Below are positions 51,383-62,627 of a DNA stretch of 64,000 nucleotides, piece by piece (within the stretch, counting starts at the first letter, position 1; each line of letters begins with the position of its first letter). The stretch spans positions 124,001 to 188,000 of the forward strand of contig ML996703.1 of assembly GCA_010356995.1 (NCBI GenBank), in the 5' to 3' direction. This stretch comes from Trichodelitschia bisporula. Lineage: Eukaryota. The translations under genes and the position numbers were made by a program. The notes under the pieces are model-generated. The model did no database searches, was not told the origin of the DNA, and saw only the letters and a program-made list of their open reading frames with translations.

Positions 51383-52314
51383 GTCGTGTCTCTGAACCTG
51401 CCGTACAACACACCGAAGCCCTGAAGCCGTTTGCTGAGCCTTGAATTTTCCCAGATCTTAATCCCTCTGCGCACCTATCTCTTCGCAGCCCCTCGATTCC
51501 ACCGACTTTGCGTACGCACCGTGGCCGTACACCTCGCATGGAAAAATTCGACTTCTTTGACCCCGAAGAAATTCCGGACGCGAAGTGGGACTCTCCTTCT
51601 CAGTTTCGCCATAAGTTGAGGTACACTGAAGGGAAGACCAACAAACATGACCCTGATCCGGCGCTGCGGTGCGTTAGCGCCACGGATGCCAGAACTATGA
51701 CGGAGGACGTGTTCGACAAGGGTGTTAGATGGTACTGATCGAAACAACTTCGCTGGGTTCGGTACTGCGCTTGTGGATCGAGGGTGTCTGGGTCGAGTGT
51801 CCTTACGACGATATGATACCCCTTGCTAGGCTCAGGGCTTCCTGGTAGTGTTGATGAATAACGAATTCCTTGTTCCTTTTTAAACACAGTTTTGATATGA
51901 ATGTGCTGCTTGTGTTTGACTCGTGACAATACTCTCTTGCATTCTCTCGAGCTTCTCTGGAGAGTCGTCTTGCTGTGCTTACGTTCCTCGGCCTTATGGC
52001 TGAAACGATCATTGATGTTAGGTAACTGGCACTTTGCAGCTGATAGGAACACATTTGATGTGGAGATGAAAGGAGCTATCTTCTACTTCAATTCTCAGTC
52101 TACACAGTTGTCGTTGCCTGTGTTATGATCTTTGCTCCCGTCAGCGTTAAGCAGTGGAGAGGGTAATGTATTGTAGCTAATGTGCGCTACACTACGAATT
52201 GGCCTGCCCTCATCCCCAAATCCAGCCATGAGATCATGATAACTCTTCCACTTCCTCTCCATTCCACACTGCCTCCACCTCCTCCCTTCACCCCAACGTC
52301 TCCATTCCTATCCC

Positions 52315-52911
52315 CTACGGACCCGGACTCGGGCAAACCGTCGCCGTACTAACGATAACAGTCTCGGTCGGGACCATCTCCGTACAAGTACTCACCACCG
52401 TACCTGTCACACAACTCTCGATAATACTCTCAACACCCGTGACGATCACGCCTTGCACCTCTACCGCGCTCGTCCAGGGGACTTCGATATTCGTGCTGAT
52501 GCTTGTAGTCAACGTGTCGACCGAGGTGGACCAGGTTGTGGTTGTGATGGTTACAGGGAAAGAGGAAGTGCAGAGCGAGGTGCTGGGGATGAAGCTGGGG
52601 GTTGTGTGGACGCCGGAGGAGAGGGTTGTGGTTGTGGTTGTAGTGGTGGAGGAGAGGGTGGTGGTTAGGGTGGTGGTGGAGGTTGTGGTTAGGGTGGTTA
52701 GGCCGGTGGAGGGGAGGGTTAGGGTGCTGGTGAGGGTGGCTTGGAAAGTGGAGCACACTGGCGACGGGGTGGAGAAGGGGCCGGCGGGGCTGCTGCTCGG
52801 CCCATAGCCCTGGGGGAAAGAGAGGGCACTGGCAAGTTAGCAGGATCGACGGTGAAGAGGAGGGACAGACCCGGTGATGAGGAGGAAGATGGGAAATATG
52901 GGGAAGAACAT
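52315..52911 (-). CDS. Small secreted Thr/Ser-rich protein with a few Cys
   Basis: Spliced (intron 52829-52870) MFFPIFPIFLLITGALSFPQGYG..., Thr runs; TATAAAA on the minus strand at about 53023-53029. Confidence 0.75.
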
Positions 52912-53927
52912 CTTGGCTGCTGGGTTCTGGCTGACGGTTTAGGTTTCTGGATGAATTGCTGGGTAACTGCCGAGGGTATCTCAAAGTGTGGTGACCGTCT
53001 CATCGCTGCGGTGCGGAAGGAGTTTTATACCGGCCGATCCATTGCGGTATCGCGAGATATGGGAACTTCACATGGCTACATCGTCATCGCGAGCCAGAAC
53101 TGCCTCGGCCGTAACTCCTAACTCCTAACTCTTAATAACAAACAAAGAAATGTGATCACTGCTACATTGTGCTGTTACTTCGATGTGATATCTCTCTTAG
53201 GCGGCAGCAATGCTAGCAACGTGGGCTAGACGGTGGGCGACCTTGGGTGATATATCGATCCTGTGTACGGGGCTCCACGTGGTTGACAGCGGGAATATGC
53301 ATGAAGAACGGTTTTATGTTTGGAGAACCGCGATGTTCCAGCTGTATGTTAACGAGATGAATGGAGGAAAAGCGGAGGAAGAGGGGTGGTTGCATATGGC
53401 GTTCTAGAACTAGAACCTAAGCTAATGGGAGAAGAAAACGAATTACAAGCTAAACTACCATGACGTTATTGTATACAGATGGAATAAAAAGCCGTGATGA
53501 TGCTCAATCGAAGCATCGCAGCTCGCTCGAAGTGAGGTTGTTGTCGTCGGGCGGCAGATGCATCTCCGCGCCTCGCCAAGCTCCGGCACCCATCCCGCAT
53601 GGCCCGAGCGCAAGGCCAGGTCGGAAATTTCGAGACGAGCAACGACCGCAACGACCGGGTCACCAACAACCTCCAGACGCTCGTAATTCCTCCCGGTTAC
53701 ACGCCCCGAACGGCCACTCCCTCTTCCGCACCTGCTGGTACCCGATCACACTTCTGCCACGTCGCTCCACAACGCTCCCCCACCGCTCAAGATCTCCACT
53801 TCGGCGACCCCGGTCCCAACGAAGCATCTCGCGACGCCTAGCAAGACTTGTTTGCTCAAGGAGTTCAATTAACTGCGACGTGCGACTGAGGAACCACGAG
53901 AATCAGCTGCCCGGTGCTCTCTCCGCC

Positions 53928-54461
53928 ATGGCCGCCGCTGCACCCTCAATGCCCGACGTCAGCGCCGCCCCCAGCGCCAAACCGGATACACCACCGGACA
54001 CGCCCTTCCAACGGGCAAAGAAGCAAGCCGGCCTCTTCGCCGCAGGCGGCGCCTTTATGCTCATGTCCTCGCTCATCACCCGCCGGGCCATAAACCGACG
54101 CATCCAATGGTCAAAGCCCGCCTTCTTCCACCAGAGCAACATGCCGCCCATCGCAAAAGTCGACGGGCCGCTTGAAGCCATGGAAGCGCTTACACTGGCC
54201 ACAGTCAACACCATGAGCTTCGGGATCATGCTGGTGGGCGGCCTGGCCTTCGCGGCGAATATTTCGTCCCTGGACGAGCTGAAGAAAATCACGAAGGAAC
54301 GAGTGGGGTTTGATGTTGAGGCTGCACCGGCGTTGGGTGATCCGGCGCTGAGTAAGGAGGAGTGGATCAATCAGGTGCTCATGGAGGAGGACGAGCAGAG
54401 AGTCAAGGCGCTGGAGGCGCAAACACGGCCGCCGGGTGGGGACAGCGAGGGCAGGCGGTGA
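53928..54461 (+). CDS. AIM11: Aim11-like mitochondrial membrane protein
   Basis: KQAGLFAAGGAFMLMSSLITRRAI and GPLEAMEALTLATVNTMSFGIMLVGG..ISSLDEL. The upstream in-frame part of the track ORF looks non-coding. Confidence 0.78.
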   Translation: MAAAAPSMPDVSAAPSAKPDTPPDTPFQRAKKQAGLFAAGGAFMLMSSLITRRAINRRIQWSKPAFFHQSNMPPIAKVDGPLEAMEALTLATVNTMSFGIMLVGGLAFAANISSLDELKKITKERVGFDVEAAPALGDPALSKEEWINQVLMEEDEQRVKALEAQTRPPGGDSEGRR

Positions 54462-54879
54462 CGGATGGATGCCAGACACGTGGATCGCGGGTGGATGCCT
54501 GCGCCTACTGCGGCGATGGTCGCTTGCTAACAGTGGAGCCCGGGATACTGGCGCAGCTGCGGTTGCAGCGAAGCTGTGCGAGATGCTGCATCTTGTGCGA
54601 CTCGGGATGGGCCGGTATGCGTGATGCCGTTGGGATGCGGGCACGTGGCTCGAGGCAGAGTCGGCGAGGCCGAAGTCGATATGGCGTGCGTAGGCGCGTC
54701 GTGAACGCCTATTGAGGCGGTTTGATAGGTTAGTAGCACAATCTCAACTCACCGTTGTTACTGTTGTGTTTGGTGTGGGTTTGGTCTGGATGTGCTCTGA
54801 GCTTACGCGCCGCAGTCACCCTCACTGCCACGCGGTCCGTCTGGACGATTGAGCGTCTATTGTCCCATCTAACTGCCGG

Positions 54880-55460
54880 CTATGCGATCCGCACGCCCGC
54901 CTGCCCGTCCCGGTTCGCCCTCCACACTCCACCTTCCTCGCCTTCAAACTCCTCCAGCTTCCAGATCTCCGTCCGCTTCTTGCACTCTTCCAGTGCTTCC
55001 TCGCCGCCGCGCCATGCCGCCTGGCGATGTGGCGCCGATACCGCGATCAGGATACTCTCTTCCCCAACGGGCACTACGCCCAAGCGATGAACTAGGGTGA
55101 TGGCCGTCAGGTCGTGCTTCTTCTTCATTTCATTGGCGATCCTCTTGAGCTGCGCAAGTGCGAGGATGGTGTAGGATGTGTATTCTAGCTGCTTGACGGG
55201 CTTTCCGTCGAAGGTGTCGCGCGTTGTGCCTTCGGTTTGTTAGTTGTCCCTGAGACGGACGGGCTGCGAGATTTTGTACCAGCGAACAGGACTACTGCGC
55301 CTGCTTTGGGGCTTTTGACCCGATTGATTGCGGTCATGGTGTCGAGGTGGTCGTGGGTCAGTTCGACGTAGATGTTTTCGTCTTTGAGGACCATTGGGAC
55401 CAATTCTTCGTCGCTTTCGCCGCCCATTTGGGCATCTTCACTTTCTGTAGAAGGGTCCAT
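54880..55460 (-). CDS. cnxH: Molybdopterin synthase catalytic subunit (MOCS2B/MoaE)
   Basis: GAVVLFAG|TTRDTF..LEYTSY (intron 55230-55279), HRLGVVPVGEESILIAVSAPHR, EIWKLE. Confidence 0.94.
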
Positions 55461-55685
55461 TGCTTAGACAATGAGATAAGGAATCGAACCGAAATTCACT
55501 TGGATCGATAATACTGTAGTCACTCCGTTTGCCCAATCCCTCAAACGTCCAGACCCCGCCGAGCCCCATTTCGCTCCCATCATCCACGTGACACCCAACC
55601 CGCCCGCGCCACCACCGCCGACCTCATCCCTCCATCTTTCAACAACTCTCTCTCCACCACCACGATCACCACATTCATACACAGC

Positions 55686-58165
55686 ATGAATCCCCACCGA
55701 TCCCCACCGCCGCACCGCCGCGCCCCCCCCCTCGCCTACGACGAAAGCGGAGCGCCCGGCCCATCCCCGCGCCCCTCCGCCCGCGCCCGCTCCCGCTCCC
55801 CGCACGCCCACGACGCGCGCCGCGTGTACCCGCACGGTATCAATTGACGAGGCCTCGAGTGTCCCTTTGCTGCCCAACTTTGCTCATTCACTCGTTGCAG
55901 ATGAAGATGAGACGCCCTCGGGCCATGCGCCGCACCGGTCTTCCCGCCGCTACGATTGGGACCCCGGGTATGAGGGAGGGTATGACGATAGAGGGTATGA
56001 GCGCGGTCAAGGCCGGGACTACGACTACGACAACCCTCGGGAGAACCCTCGGGACCATCGGCCCTGGAATGGCCGTGCGACGAGCCCGCCCGCGCAGGCG
56101 TATCCGCGAAGGATGAGGAGCAAGTCTAGGAGTCGGAGTCCGGCGAGACGTGTGCCGACGAAGGAGTTGATTATGGAGGGGTTGCCTACTGATATTTCTG
56201 AGGATAGCGTGAGTGTCTCGTGCGGCGTGGAGCTTCGCGGCTAATGGGTGCAGATCCGGCAACAGATTGATACTTTCTACAAGACGGAGAATCTGGTCGA
56301 CGTGCGGATCATCCGGCACAAGCAGACGCGTATGTGATGCTGGAGGGTATCGGGGTGGTGCTTACGTGTAGCAGAGGTTTCCCGCGGATATGGCTTCTTG
56401 CAGTTTGCGGATGTGGACTCGGCAAGCGCGTTTCTCGAGCGCTACCGAAGGGACTTTGGCTTCTCTGCCCCTAGCACGGACGGCGTGACGACTCGTGTTG
56501 ACATTTCGTATAGTCGTGAGCGCCGTGAGCGACCGGCTGACTGGAACTGCGCTACTGTAAGTACTCCATGCGGTTTGTTTGAAATAAGCTGACCAGCCAG
56601 TGTGGAACGGACAACTTTGCCACACGCGCTAAATGCCGGACCTGCCTGACCTCAAAAGACGGTTCGTTCTCCTTTCTAATGTTCCTGTTGCGTCTTCTCG
56701 TATAGTTTCTGACTGTTTAGCCCAAGTCGAAGCTCCGCGGCAAGTGGCACCCCCGCCTGTCGTCAACAACGGCGACAGCGATGCCGCGCCTGACGACACC
56801 CCGTCGCTCTTCCTTCTCCTGCGCTACCTAGAGCCCAGCACAACAGAGCAAGTCCTCGCCCGCGCACTAGAAAAGCTCTGCAAGCCAGCACCCGATGCCG
56901 ACCCCGCCAAACAAGCCAAACAAGCCGGCGCAAAAATCACATCCACCGCCTTCTCGATCAACAGCGGCGCCCGCACCGGCAGCATCAAGCGCGTCTTCAT
57001 CGTTCGGGACAAAGCCACGGGCGACAGCCGCCGCTACGGCTTCGCCGAGTTCCACACCCTGGACGACGCCCAGGCTGCGATGAAGAAGTACAGCTCGATG
57101 GAGAAGTTTACCATCTCGTCGAGCCCTGTGTATGTTAATTACATCCATACGGGCGTGTTTGTGCCGTTGTTTGAGGATACGAATCCGGAGTATACGTTCG
57201 CTGCTTCGCATAATCCTGCGCTTAAGCTGGCGTATTGGGACGCACAGGCCTATATGAGCGAGTTGGAAGTGTCGACTGAGCCGCCGAACGTGGACGGTGC
57301 GGCAAAGGCGGAGATTAAGGACGCTGCGAAGCCGAAGGCTAAGAAGCGCAAGGTTGAGGCCGCGGCTGATGAGTCGGGGAAAAGGGTACCCTCCCCCCTC
57401 TCCCCCTCTCTCATATCCTAACATAAGCAGTTCCGCTTCGCCCAACTCGAACTCTGGCAAAAAAAACAGGAAGAACTCCACGGTGGCACACCCGCCGGTA
57501 AACCTACCCACTCCACACCACCAATCGACACCGACCCCCCTCCCCCCCCTCCCCCCGCAGAGGCAGGACCGCAATCCTACGCCGACCTCAAGCAACTCAT
57601 CTGCGCCTTATGTAACAGGAAATTCGACTCCGTCCCCGCGGTGCAGAAACACGAGCGCGCGTCGGATTTGCACAAACGGAACCTGCAATCCGCGGACCTG
57701 CGCGCTAAAGCGGTTGCCAAACTCGCGGCTTCACGAAGGACTGCACCCGCACCCGCGTCTGTACCCGAACCCCCCGCGCCGGAGAACGTGTATGTAGACC
57801 GCGCGGCGGCGCGGCGCATCGCCTTCCAGCAACCAAAAAAGGTAGCTACCCGCCCCGCCCCCGCGCCGGCCAAAGCCCTTCACGACCCATCCCCCGAACC
57901 CGAGCCGCAGCCGAAGAAGAGCAAGGGCGCTGCGTTACTGGGTAAGATGGGCTGGAGCGAAGGTTCCGGCCTCGGTGCCCGGGGCGAAGGGATTGTAGCC
58001 CCTATCGAGCCGAAGGTTTATCGGGAGGGGGTTGGGTTGGGGGCTGAGGGGGGGGAGGTGGGTGATGCGCAGGTGGAGGCGGAGCGGAATACGGGAGGGG
58101 GGAGGGGGAAGTGGATTGAGAGGGCTAGGGAGGGGGCGAGGGAACGGTTTAGTCGGATGGAGTAG
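55686..58165 (+). CDS. RBM5/RBM10-like RNA-binding protein (RRM, RanBP2 ZnF, RRM, C2H2, G-patch)
   Basis: RS-rich N-terminus, SRGYGFLQF, DWNCAT|CGTDNFATRAKCRTC, SRRYGFAEF, CALCNRKF..HERASDLH, SKGAALLGKMGWSEGSGLG. About six introns. Confidence 0.9.
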
Positions 58166-58282
58166 GGGGAGTAAGGGTATGGTTAGAGTATGGTTAGGGA
58201 GGACGATGGGGATGGGGTGTGGGCTTGTAGTCTGGCATGGCTAAAGGTAGGGTAGGGTAAATCTGGATGATGGATGAGACGT

Positions 58283-58736
58283 GGGACTAGTCGATTCTTC
58301 TATAAGCACGAATACAGGTAACCAACCGTTCAGCAATAACTTTCCCTCCCGAAGGAGCATGACTTGAATCCCACCCCATCCTGATTCACCGTCGTAAACC
58401 TGGATGTAGGCCCACGGTGATGTAGACATGAAAGGAGCATTGGTATGTCAGGAAGGAGCGTATGATATAATGCGAGCATGATAGAAGGAAGGCGCAAAGG
58501 AGGATACTTGGCATTGTGTATTTAAATCTCTAGAGTCTCTGACTCTTCTTCTCTTTGTCTTCTACTTCAATCTTCAGTTTTACAGTTGCCTTGTCGCACG
58601 TGATGAGCCTCTACACCCATCACACGGGAACTGGGTCCATTATTCTACAAGCACGAATACAGTATCCAACCGCTTATCAATAACTTTCCCTCCCGGGAGT
58701 AACATGAATCCACCCACTCCTTCCTGATTTACCGTC
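58283..58736. repeat. ~110 bp direct repeat pair (58283-58393 and 58626-58736) flanking element copy C
   Basis: Shared TTCTA(T/C)AAGCACGAATACAG..CCAACCG..CAATAACTTTCCCTCCCG..TGAATCC..TCCTGATT(C/T)ACCGTC. Confidence 0.88.
58419..58620. repeat. Dispersed degenerate element, copy C
   Basis: Same colinear motifs as copies A and B. Confidence 0.78.
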
Positions 58737-60716
58737 CAGCCTCCTCAAGCCCGCGTTCCAAACTCCCAAACAAATCCATCTCCCCATCCGGGTACCTCGG
58801 CTTCTTCGTCTCTTCCACCCTCTCCGGCACCGGCGCAGGCGGCACAGCCTCCTCCTTCCCCTCCTCCCCTCCAACCCCCTCCACCACAACCCCAGTCTCA
58901 AGCCCAGGACCCTCCCTCTCCATCACAACACCCTCAGCCACCGGCTCGGGCTCGGGCTGGGTCTCCGGCTGCGGCGCGGGCTCGGCGGCGGGCTCGGTGG
59001 CTTCGAAGGCTTCGGCATTAGGCTCGACCACTGGTGCAGACGTGGGTTCGGGGGCGAGGTCATGCACAGGTTCCGGCGGGGGGATGATCGGGGCGGGAGG
59101 ATCGACGACGGGGATGGGGGTGGGAGCGGGCGCGGGGGGGGAAGGTTGGCGGTTGGGCGGCGGCGCGGGCGCGGGCGCGGGAGGGGAAGCTTGACGAGGA
59201 GGTGGGGGCGTGGGAGGGGAAGCTTGACGAGGCGAGGGTGCGGAAGGGGAAGCTTGACTAGGAGGCGGGGGGGCGGGGAGAGGGGCGATGAAGGGGGCTG
59301 GGGGCGCGTCAGCATCGGCCATCACTGTGTCGTTTTGCTCTTGAGGTGGGAGGAGGGCTTCCGCCTGCGGCAGGGAGCCCGGGGGTGATTCGGGCTTCAC
59401 CTGCACCTCCGGTTGCGGCTGGGCCTGGTCCGGTTTGGTGTCGTTGACCTCGCCCTCCTCGCCCTCCTCGCCCTCCTCGTTCTCCTCGCCGGACTCCTCC
59501 TCGCCTTCCTCCGGGGCGTCGACCATCGGCGTGTCGCGCTCGCGGTCGGCCTCGGCAGGGGTAGGCTGCTCCTTGGGCACATCGTCAGCGACTGGTTTCT
59601 TCTCCTCAGGGGCAGACGGGGCGGCAGGCGTGCCCTCGGGCCCCACGCCCTCGAACAGCACCTTCTTCCGCCCGCGGCCGGGGCCCTTCTTGTGCTTCTT
59701 GCGTGGGGGCGGGGGCTTGCGCTTGTTAGGCGTGGGCTGGAGGAGGTCGTTGGCGATGAGCACGCCGAGGTCGTTCGCCACACCGACGCCTTCGATTATG
59801 GCGCCTGGCGTGACCTTTGCGATTGCCGCTTCGTCGTCTTCCTCCGGGACTTCGTTGTCCAGGACTTGCCCCTCAGGCGCGAGGACCTCGTACACCCGCA
59901 CCGAGCCATCAGGCTCGACCTTGCGCACCCGCGTCTTGCGCGACGCGGCGGGCGGCTGCACAGGCACCGGCGCGCCGCCCCACGTCGTCGGCAGGCCGCG
60001 GCGGCGCTTAGCCAGATACTCCTGCTCCGACTCCTCGAGATGGCGCGGGACGGCCGCCCAGCGCTTGGCCGTAAAACCGCGGGGCGGCTCCGTGTCCTTC
60101 TCGTCCTCGGGTGGGGGGTCGAGGGGATCGTCGTCCCCCGGTGGCGAGGGCGGTTTGTATATCCTGCCCGCGCGGGCGGCGCGGAGGAGCTGCTGGCTGA
60201 CTTCGGGGAGGAGGTGCGAGTCGCGCGGCATGGGGAGTTCGGGCCAGGGGGCTTTGTGGGTGGAGGGGGTGGGGTCAGGGGGGGGGGCGCCGATTGTGGC
60301 TTCGCTTTCGCGCCATTGGCGGATGGGGAGGCCTTTGAGGATTGTGTCGTCGTCGGCTTGGGTGCGGTTTTGGCGGCTGCTACGGAGCTGGCGGGGGGGG
60401 TAAAGGTTAGAACTAGTTGGTAAGAGAGGGGCGTAGGCTGGGTCGGGGTGAGGGTCGGGGGTTGGAGCGTGGAATTCGAGCAGTTTGAAGATGACTTCGG
60501 AGGTTGGTGGGCCCGAGAGATCTATGCTGTGGCGTCTTCCTGGCATGATGGCGATGATATGTTCAAAGAAGAAGGTTTGGAGGGATGGGAGAGCGTGAAG
60601 ACTGAAGTACAAGCAGAGACGAGGTAGGCGAGCGGAAAGAGCATGCCAACCCTTACGCCGTCACTCTGCCCGGTATCGGGCGACTCCAGTGGCAATTGCC
60701 ACGAGAAGCGTACCAT
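58729..60716 (-). CDS. Conserved-looking fungal Pro/Glu-rich nuclear hypothetical protein
   Basis: GLPIRQW, PWPELPMPRDSHLL, EYLAKRRRGL, basic NLS/AT-hook-like KKGPGRGRKK, C-terminal DLFGSLE. Probable ATG-only exon 60714-60716 plus intron 60388-60713. Confidence 0.8.
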
Positions 60717-62627
60717 AGTCCACGCATCACAAAACGCGAAGACGGGACGCTCGATCCCCTCTGCCGCTGCTGGTGACGGGGTTGGCGCAACACCGGTCAC
60801 CGCTGCAGGCAACAGGCGCTGAACCTGCGGCTTGCAGAGAAAGAGGCGCGACGGAGAACGGTAGAGTGAAGTGACGATGAGCCAGAGAAGGAAACGGGAG
60901 GACCTACGGGAGCCATAGTTGCGGATTGTCGCCTGAGGAAGACGCCACGCAATGCCTGTTTAGTGCAGGCTGTACCCTTGGTTTGGTAGGCGAGGATGTA
61001 CTAAGGTGATGGTGTGATAGGGACGATGGGTGATTGATGGTGTGTTGTGGTTGCTGTTGTTGTGGGCTGTTGTCGGCTGGTTCGTGATGGGACAGCTTGC
61101 CCTTGCTCTTGGTGTTTTGGCGTTGAGCGCAGGTACCATGCAGAATGTCACGTGATGTTGATTTGATATACGAATCGGTACTTTCTCGGCCACATCTCCA
61201 CCACTTCACCCCTCGCCTCCACGACTTCATAATTACTGCTCAGATCTGGTAAGGAACTTGATCATTTAGAGTTCACCCTCAACTTCTTAGAAAGCTTGAA
61301 TTGCGTCATCTGGTCAGCCGATTATGCCTTAAGGGGCTGCTTTCCGACTCGGCTGTAAAGCTTCCTATGCTGTGACACACATCACCAGCTTGTCGTCTGC
61401 TCGTTCAGCCTATTCCTGCTTTGTTGCTCTCGTGCAACAAAGCATCCAACTTCAATTCAGCCTGACTGTTCCTGATGCCTACGGGATTGCCGAGTTCTGT
61501 GCCTCCAACACTCTGGTGTGCAACTCTGCTCGTGGCCTCCGATAGGACCGAGGAAGTATTCGTGGCCACGACAGATGCTGAGGGTTATACAGCGGATCTG
61601 GCTCCGTATCTGGCTCTGTATCCTGCCTCATGGCCGGACGTCTGTCAGGCTGGCCAAGTGCCACTGCAGACAGCTCATCCGTCATTGTCGCTTGTCCCGC
61701 TGCTCTACGCCATGAGCCTGACGACTTCACACCGGTCGGGGAGCCTATCAATCCCAGGTCCAGCTGAACAGTGCGGTCCCCAAAGGAAACACGGAAACAT
61801 GTCCTCCGTTTTGACATTACACTGCTGTTTCTTGCTGACATTGCCCTGCTACATTTGCCCTGTTGACATTCCACTGTTGTCTGTCCCTGCTAACCGTGGT
61901 GGTGAGCGCAATCCTTGCATTGCAGTCTACATCCGTATTCCAAACCCACGGCCACCCCCGGCCGTCAATCAATTGGCATCCATCAGCAACGACGCACTGC
62001 TCGCACCTCACCTCCATTAGAAACACAAGCGTACTGCCTTCAATCTCCTTATCGACTTCTCGAAACGGAAATGTAGAGCCTCTGGGTCTGTCCAAGAATA
62101 GAAAGAGTCGCGCGGATGGCCTCGAACGTCGACGCTAGTCGGCCCCCAAAAGACTGGGCGCCAGCTAAAACGCGGAGAGGCGCGCGGAGGAGAGAGCGGA
62201 GGGGGAGGTTGGGGAGGGAGGAAAGAGACGCGCGCGCTCGTGCTGAGAAGCTGAAGTACTTCTCCTCTCCCTTCCCCTTCCCTCACTCCTCTCTTACCTG
62301 CAACTACTCTCTCTTCCCCGCTTTCAATTCTGAGCCTCATGTCTTTGCTAACCTACAGTAACACATCTGGTTGAGTAACGTTAACAAGGCTTCCCTAGCC
62401 CTGCCTCCTCAAACCTCTCAATTGTCAATCCTTCAGCTGTCAAGAACGGGCCAGACCAGGCCCACCCCCGCCAGCTGATCTCACCCATCCCTCACCTCTG
62501 ACCGAACTGCCTCCCGTTTGCAATCTGCAACACATTCAAACCCTCGTCCGCCGACGCCCCCCTCCCTCGAACAACCTTCCCTAGTCCCCAAGGCCAAAAC
62601 TCTCGCTATCCCCCACACAACCACCCC

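Noticed and set aside
60529..60948. 13-bp perfect inverted repeat GTGGCGTCTTCCT / AGGAAGACGCCAC
   Set aside because: Roughly expected by chance somewhere in a window this size; no TSD and no further pairing.
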